Program-made: the position numbers and the translations under genes
Assembly (NCBI RefSeq): GCF_009914755.1
Contig: NC_060933.1
DNA length: 64,000 nucleotides
Direction: 5' to 3' (one strand)
Source of the DNA: the human T2T-CHM13v2.0 reference genome, Homo sapiens
Notes under the pieces: generated by a model
What the model saw: only the letters and a program-made list of their open reading frames with translations
Databases searched by the model: none
Told to the model about the DNA's origin: nothing
In this document: positions 47,876-64,000 of the stretch, piece after piece
Layout of the letters: each line of letters begins with the position of its first letter
How positions within the stretch are numbered: position 1 is the stretch's first letter

Positions 47876-48265
47876 TATTTGTTTTCTATTACTGCCATAA
47901 CAAATTACTACAAATTTAATAGCTACAAACAACACAAATTTATTACCTCACAGCTCTGTAGGCCAGAAATCTGGGTGGGCTCACTAGTTTCTCTACTATG
48001 GGACTCACAAGGCTGAAATCAGTGTCAGCTGTCCCAGGATTTTATCCAGAGGCTTTGGGAAAGAAATTGCTTCCTAGCTCATTCTGGTAACTGGCAGAAG
48101 TTAATTCCTCGTGGTTGTGGGACTGAATACTCTATTTCTTTGCTGGCTGTCAACTGGAGGCTGCCTTTAGCTCACAGAGGTCTCTCTTGGTTCTTACATA
48201 TGGTTCCTTCCATTTCAGAGCCAGCAAGGGCACATCAAATCCTTCTCACACTTGGAATCTGTCTT
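47876..48265 (-). mobile_element. MLT1D/E-type LTR (partial)
   Basis: ctgccataacaaattactacaaattt..aacaacacaaatttattacctcacag..ctcacaaggctgaaatca. Confidence 0.75.
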
Positions 48266-48352
48266 CTAGAAGTGTCATTGTTTTACATTTAAATATACAG
48301 TCCTCCTTAAGTGATTTAGGGTACAGTTGGAGGGAAGGATGAAACATTATTC

Positions 48353-48657
48353 TTTTTTTTCTTTTTTTTTTTTTTTGAGATAGAGTCTCACTCTGTTGCC
48401 TAGGGTGGGGTGCAATGGTGCGATCTTGGCTCACTGAAAACTTTGCCTCCCAGGTTCAAGCGATTCTCCCACCTCAGCCACCTAGTAGCTGGGATTACAG
48501 GCACCCACCATCATGCCCGGCTAATTTTTGTATTTTTAGTAGAGACGGGGTTTCACCATGTTGGCCATGCTGGTCTCGAACTCCCGACCTCAGGTAATCC
48601 ACCTGCCTCGGCCTCCCAAAGTGCTGGGATTACAGGTGTGAGCCACCGTGCCTGGCC
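48353..48657 (-). mobile_element. AluSx
   Basis: Full Alu. TSD approximately attcttttt. Confidence 0.95.
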
Positions 48658-49299
48658 CATTCTTTTTCCATGCAAATATTCAATTGATCCAGCACTGTTC
48701 ATTAAGGTCAGTTTTTCTGTACTATGCAGTGTCACATTGTCACCAATCAGTGTGAGATATATATGTGTGTACACACACACACACATACACGAGTTTATGT
48801 TTGGACTCTACTTATTCCATTGGCCTAGTTCTCTATTTTTACATATTTTACTAATAATGACTACAGTTCTATTATAAGCCATCTGATAGTGTAAGGCTTT
48901 GAATTTTCCTCTTTAAGATTGTGAGTCTGGCAGAGTTTGACCTGAGATCGATTTTGAATGTGATGTGTCACCTGGTAGGGAGGTTACAAGAACGGAAAAT
49001 ATAGCTTCCATCTGCCTCTAACTACTGAAACTACCAATGCTCTTTTTAAAAAAAAAAAACAAATCCAGTGCTCACTAAATGACTCAATTGGCTAAGGTCA
49101 GTTTGCTACGCATTACTAAATAATTTTCAACTTTATCCTGAAGGGAAGTAGGAGACGTTGAAACAATTTAAGCAAGCAACTAAATTTTTGTAACCCTTTT
49201 CAATAAAGAAACCCGGTGGAAACAACATAAACAAGTTTTATGGTTAAGTCTTGTTTTAAACCAACATATCACAATCATGAAGAAATGGGTTGTGTATCT

Positions 49300-49750
49300 G
49301 GAGTTTATTGAGGTGGTCAAGGCTAGAGATGGCAGTGCCTTGAGATAGACCTGTGATGATGGAGTTGTAGAGCAGGCAGTAAATTTAAGAAAGATTTAAT
49401 GGACACTACTTGAAGATTAATTATACCTGGAGTGTTGACTACAAAGATGAGTGGCTTAATATCTAGCATTGCTACTGATGAAGAATTCAGGAGGAGTTAA
49501 GTGTAAAGATGATGAGTTCAATATTGAGATTAAGGTGCCTGCAACCTATCTAATTGGAAATGTTTATCAGAAAGAGGTAGAGACTGGTGCTCAGCAGAGG
49601 AATCAGTGGTATTGATAGATCTGGAGGATTTTTCTGTATATAGATAATGGGAGCTATGACTGGGTCTTTTCATTCAGGGAATGTGTGCAAAGCAAGAATA
49701 AAAGAGTACTAGTGATAGAATCTTGGTGAATTTCATCAAGATATGCTGAG
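49300..49750 (-). mobile_element. L2 fragment
   Basis: ggtcaaggctagagatgg..gatgatgagttcaat..tgagattaaggtgcctg..atagatctggagg. Confidence 0.55.
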
Positions 49751-52151
49751 AGAGAAAAAGAGAGAGAGAGAGAAAGAGAATGACTTGTTGTAGCAATAGG
49801 AAAGGAACCAGGGACAAACAATAATCTCTCTTAGATCTACCTCAGGTTATAATTTACTCTGCAATAATATAATTATCACTATCCCCAAATAGCACTTGCT
49901 CTACTTAAAATATATAATGTTGCACAGAAAAAAATATTGACCTTGTCTTTGTCCTTTTCTATAAGAATCCATAAAATTGTCTTTTCTATAATTGAAGCAT
50001 TACTTATAATGATATTCAAATGATATGGCCACACCAGAGACTAAAGTAATAAGAAAGGCCTTCATAAATGATAATTTTCATGATGCAATGAGGTAGCCTC
50101 ATTTTATTTTAATTGAAAACAGATAAAGACAGAGAAGAGGAAAGGAGAACATCTCAGCTAGAATCACGTGCTCAGGATTACAAAGAATAAAGGGAACTTT
50201 CCTTGCAGCATGGAGATGGTTACGGTGAGGTGGTTAGACTGAGAGGAAACTGGTGTATCTCCATCTTTAATCCAGGATTCCCATTTGTGTGTGTTTGTAG
50301 TTGTTGGATATTACCAGCTTCTGATTTCAAGGTTGGGAATTCCTAGTGATCTTTCTGCAATTTTCTAGCAGGGTCCATACAGTGAAATGCCTTCAGTGTG
50401 GATAAAAGTGAAAAGCAAGGCACACTGGGACAGAAAAGCTTGGATCCACTGTCAGCCCAGCTGTCCTTATCCTGTGAAGAGCCTGTTGCCCTCTAGGCTC
50501 TTGAACACAACAACCAAAAGCCATCCGTTCACGGCTTCCATGTTCATTTCATCCAGTAAAAGAGTTGCTTCATCCACAGGGCAGCAAAACAATATAAAAT
50601 TAGAGGCGGGAATCAAATCAATAGCCAGTCCAGCAGGAGACAGTGTGTGTTCTCCTTTGAGCTGTTAGCAGGTGCACTGGGTGAATACAGATAAGTTGAT
50701 AAATGGCTGATTCAATAGACTGGTAGCAAACACATGCTTTGCCAGAGATGACTTTTTAAGTCACCATACATCAAACAGACAGTGTCAGCCTTTGAGGATA
50801 AACCTGTGAAGCCTTGTTGTGCTCTTTGAACTACCTCTGAGACCCAGAGACTGAAAAGGGGCCTGAGTGTTCCTCTGAATCCATTGGGAGGACTGAAAGC
50901 TTCAAAGAGGAGTGCTATCATATCCAAGGGGAAATACATTGATTGAAGGAACCAGTGTGAAATAGTCTTTATTACCAGAAAGCTGGAATCGACTGGTGTT
51001 TTGCTGAGCTATATTTTATCTTTATTGGATTAACTGTGACACAGTAGGTTATGTCAAAGGGAATCTGCATGAATATTAAAAGTAAATGTGGTGTGAATAA
51101 TAGATAACTTACATTAGATGCACCAGCATGCAGTAATTTTTATTCACCTACATAATTAGATTAAAACAAATCTGCTGAATAAAATGCATTGTCTTACTAT
51201 AATCTGTTTTGAAAACACCCAAAAGTTATGGCCATAAGGGTGTTTGCTGATGCTTTACATATAAATACATAATTCAGCCTAAGAAATGTTTTCCAATAGG
51301 TTTCTGGTAGTTACAAGAGAGGATGATTATGAATATTAACAGCCCACAGCCAGTAGGAAATAGCCTTAAGGTCAAATAAGACCCTACAATGTTGATACCA
51401 TCAACATGTAACTTTTATGTTCAACTCATGGAAATTATGAGGGACAGTAAATGACCTAGGGAAAACTTACACACAACCTGAAAGCACACTGTAATTCTTT
51501 TCATGTGTCTATTTTCTTTTGTCTATTTCAGTTCTGTAAAATAAACTCACTTTTAAGATAAGCTATATTGCTCTTTTAGGCTGGGAAGATCTCAAAGCCT
51601 CTCTGTCTTTAAACTAGTATCTTCCCACCTCCCACCATCACCTCCCCAGCTGCTGCTGTTTCCCATTGCTGAAGAAATTCAGCTAGAATCTGTTATAACA
51701 GGAGGTGGGTTCCAACAGTCTAATTTCATCCAAGTGTGGATGCTGGGGACTCCCCCATCCATATGTCTCTCTCCTCCTGGAGGCTTCTGAATGTCCTGGG
51801 CTGTTGACAGAATGGCCATGTGGGGAAATTTGAATGTGGCTCAGCAAAGTCTACGGGACGAGCGGCCACCATGGCTGCTGGAAGATGCACCAGCAATATG
51901 CTGGCAGATACAGGTGGAAGGCTCTCCCCAGAGGGCTACATGGCTCATCAGGCAGGTGACAAGTGGGGTTAACTCTAGTGTTGATGGATGCCCTGCTGGT
52001 CCTTTGTGGTCTCCCACAGCCCTCTGGTGCTGGCAAGAGATGGTGCTGGGCTCTTTCTATTGATCCTGCTTTCCTCCAAGTCGTGCTCCAGATTTCATTC
52101 CTCCCCCCCATCCAGCTCCTGTTCCCTTTTCCCAGCCCAGTGCACCTTGAC

Positions 52152-52283
52152 TAGATGGCCACATGTCCTAATTTGCGCAGGTCAGTCCTATTCTGCCTGT
52201 TTGGACCCAGTAAAATGATGTATAATGGCCGCTTTTACTCTCAACAGTGACCCATTTGGACCTTAGGTTATGTGGTCACCCTA
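52152..52283. mobile_element. MER94 (hAT-Blackjack) MITE
   Basis: TIR-like ends tagatggccacatgtcc and ttatgtggtcacccta. Internal ttttactctcaacagtg. Confidence 0.7.
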
Positions 52284-52838
52284 ATCTTGTCCATTCTTGG
52301 CAGGAAGGGCATTGTCTGAATCTCTCAGTCTTCTTTTGTAATCTGTTGCTACAGCACACACTTGCCACATTCTCTCCTAGAGGGCTTTATGCTTGGATTC
52401 GTAAGAGCACTCCCCTTTTTTTCTCCTCGAAGTCACTCTTGCAAATGAAAAGTTTTGGCTATCAAAGCCGGTTTGCTAGTTTCTGAGGCTGGCATCCCAA
52501 GCTTATTTTAAAAGCCCAAGATGGAACATTAGCTGCTTTGCTCTCTCACCTTGTGTCCCTGCCTCTCCTCAAGGCAGTGTAGATGACTGAACTATGGAAG
52601 GTGTCCTGTAGAGCGATGTCTAGAAAGTAACCCCAATGATTTGTATTCAATGCTATCTCCTCACCATGCTCTCACTTTCAAACCCCCATTTGCAACTTGC
52701 AAATCTCAAGGCATTGTCTTCACATTTTCTGTGCCTAGTGTAAGTTTTGTAGAAAAAAAAAATGATTGCTATTGTTATTATTTAGTGGCACACAGGTTAT
52801 CTCCTATACCCCTCATTCTCCCCAGTTAGCAGATATGG

Positions 52839-52843
<5 letters not shown>

Positions 52844-52874
<31 letters not shown>

Positions 52875-52912
52875 TATACATATATATATATACACACACA
52901 TATATATATATA
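52844..52912. repeat. (CA)n(TA)n microsatellite within a MIR fragment
   Basis: Seen directly. Flanks cccagttagcagatatgg and agagaagttaactcacctg are MIR-like. Confidence 0.8.
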
Positions 52913-54139
52913 GCTAGATGCATAGAGAAGTTAACTCACCTGTGCAAGATTACAAAAAGTGCCTGAGCCAAAATTTGACTCCAGAGTTCATGTACGTAAA
53001 ACAAAAAGAGCTCCTAAAGACACAAAGCTTGCAGATCTGTAATTTGGCAGAATAATCAAAATGCAGTAGAAATTTTGTTCCTGAGAGAGTGGAGGGTATG
53101 GTAAATCCAATCAGAAATGCTTTATCATTTTTGTAGTTTTCTTCGAATGACTCCAGATCTTCCCAAAAGCAGCTTCCAAAGCACCTTTGCATCTCTCCCA
53201 CTGACAGGATGGGCCTAAAGCCTCCTCTCAAGAATAGCTCTGTCTTCATACTTATTCACATCTGCATGAGTTTCAACTCTGAGGCAAGTTCTTTGCATAG
53301 AAAGGATCACCTAAAAGCAGCCCCACATCCTTCTAAACGGCAGAGTGTGAAGTGGTACCTGAGCTCCACCTACCGTGCTCCTTGAGGTTGTTTTAAATCA
53401 GGGAGCCCAGCTGGCCCAGAACCCAGATGGCTTTCCACTCCCCATGTGGCAGCCATCAGCTCTAAGACCCCAGCTCAGTGACCAGGCCATCAAAGAGGCT
53501 GCCAAGATCAGACAGGCTGTATTCTCTCACAGCTTTTTACAGGAAGCAAAGGAGCTAAAGGGAATAATGACAGAGGTAGCCTGCAAACGTAACCAGAGGT
53601 ATGTATTTTAAAGGATGAATAAAAACAAATGACTATGTTGTAGAAATCTATTTCAGCATGTATGTGCATCAGAGTAGAAATCATTTATTTTCCTGGTCTC
53701 TCATGAGAGTTGATATTACAGTGCCTACATAGAATAACTAGCCATTATAAATGTAGAGTGCTTTAGGACTGTCAAAGCAATCACACCGAAATTACCCCAG
53801 TGATATCTAATCTCCATCATGCACTCAATATGTGCATGGACCTATACTGATAAGATGGAATTAATATCTCAAAGGCAAGAATTTTTTTTTTCCCTGATAG
53901 AGTCAGGTGTTTTGCAGTGATGGATGAGGTCAAACAGAATTTGTCAGAATTAACACAGCTGTTTCCGCATGTGGTGTTTGGGTTGCAATTCTCATTTGTG
54001 GCTTTTATTGTTCCCTTCTCCACATTTCAGCGCAATGGCAGATGTTTCCTAAGTGTATACCCCTCGTGTTACTTTACATCCCCTTGCAGGATGATACTGG
54101 GCCACAGCCTCCCATGGGGTTACAGCTAGAGAATCTTGT

Positions 54140-55960
<1,821 letters not shown>

Positions 55961-55971
55961 TAAAATGTTTC

Positions 55972-58897
<2,926 letters not shown>

Positions 58898-59126
58898 ATT
58901 TTTCTTTTTCTTTTTTTTTTTATTATACTTTAAGTTTTAGGGTAAATGTGCACATTGTGCAGGTTAGTTACATATGTATACATGTGACAAGCTGGTGCGC
59001 TGCACCCACTAACTCGTCATCTAGCATTAGGCATATCTCCCGATGCTATCCCTCCCCCCTCCCCCCACCCCACAACAGTCCCCAGATTGTGATATTCCCC
59101 TTCCTGTGTCCATGTGATCTCATTGT

Positions 59127-62957
<3,831 letters not shown>

Positions 62958-62993
62958 TTAGTTGATACAGTTTCTTCCTAGTCTTGATGGTCT

Positions 62994-64000
62994 TTACATT
63001 TTGGCATGATTTTGCAGTGGCTGGTACTGGTTGTTCCTTTCCATGTTTAGTGCTTCCTTCAGGAGCTCTTGTAAGGCAGGCCTGGTGGTGACAAAAATCT
63101 CTCAGCATTTGCTTGTCTGTATTTTATTTCTCCTTCACTTATGAAGCTTAGTTTGGCTGGATATGAAATTCTGGGTTGAAAATTCTTGTCTTTAAGAATG
63201 TTGAATATTGGCCCCCACTCTCTTCTGGCTTGTAGGGTTTCTGCCGAGAGATCCGCTGTTAGTCTGATGGGCTTCCCTTTGAGGGTAACCCGACCTTTCT
63301 CTCTGGCTGCCGTTAACATTTTTTCCTTCATTTCAACTTTGGTGAATCTGACAATTATGTGTCTTGGAGTTGCTCTTCTCGAGGAGTATCTTTGTGGCGT
63401 TCTCTGTATTTCCTGAATCTGAACATTGGCCTGCCTTGCTAGATTGGGGAAGTTCTCCTGGATAATATCCTTCAGAGTGTTTTCCAACTTGGTTCCATTC
63501 TCCCCATCACTTTCAGGTACACCAATCAGATGTAGATTTGGTCTTTTCACATAGTCCCATATTTCTTGGAGGCTTTGCTCATTTCTTTTTATTCTTTTTT
63601 CTCTAAACTTCCCTTCTCGCTTCATTTCATTCATTTCATCTTCCATTGCTGATACCCTTTCTTCCAGTTGATCGCATCAGCTCCTGAGGCTTCTGCATTC
63701 TTCACATAGTTCTCCAGCCTTGGTTTTCAGCTCCATCAGCTCCTTTAAGCACTTCTCTGTATTGGTTATCCTAGTTATACATTCTTCTAAATTTTTTTCA
63801 AAGTTTTCAACTTCTTTGCCTTTGGTTTGAATGTCCTCCCGTAGCTCAGAGTAATTTGATCGTCTGAAGCCTTCTTCTCTCAGCTTGTCAAAGTCATTCT
63901 CCATCCAGCTTTGTTCCGTTGCTGGTGAGGAACTGTGTTCCTCTGGAGGAGGAGAGGTGCTCTGCTTTTTAGAGTTTCCAGTTTTTCTGTTCTGTTTTTT
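62994..64000 (-). pseudogene. L1-B ORF1, disrupted (TGA at 63677, frameshift at ~63120)
   Basis: ORFs 63677-63904 and 63059-63646 are ORF1p peptides. Confidence 0.95.

Noticed and set aside
51791-52218. Processed pseudogene
   Set aside because: No recognisable protein similarity in the ORFs provided, and no poly(A) or TSD.

Overview
This is hominoid-type primate genomic DNA (AluJ/S/Y, L1PA2), dominated by interspersed repeats. I can support no host protein-coding exon, RNA gene or CRISPR array. Left to right it holds an internally deleted ERVL provirus (gag, IN and dUTPase remnants) with its 5' LTR, many MaLR/ERV solo LTRs (MLT1, THE1, MSTB, MER41, MER21, MLT2), hAT MITEs, old L1M/L1PB/L2/MIR fragments, about 15 Alus, and two minus-strand L1PA2 elements about 17.5 kb apart (L1-A full length at 41364-47415; L1-B from 58898 past the window edge). 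Main observations: (1) The two L1PA2 copies sit in unrelated target sites yet share the same three ORF2-killing lesions plus about 8 other non-consensus substitutions. This points to long-tract gene conversion or to an ORF2-dead source element mobilised in trans. (2) L1-A carries a ~150-bp 3' transduction with its own AATAAA and poly(A), and it inserted into the TSD of an Alu, reusing the same nick site. (3) A much older L1MC apparently carried a ~370-bp L2-containing 3' transduction into a Charlie5 element, bounded by a 14-bp TSD. (4) A MER41 solo LTR retains tandem GAS (STAT1) motifs. Repeat family names and consensus comparisons come from recalled consensus sequences, not a database search. 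Boundaries of old repeats are approximate.
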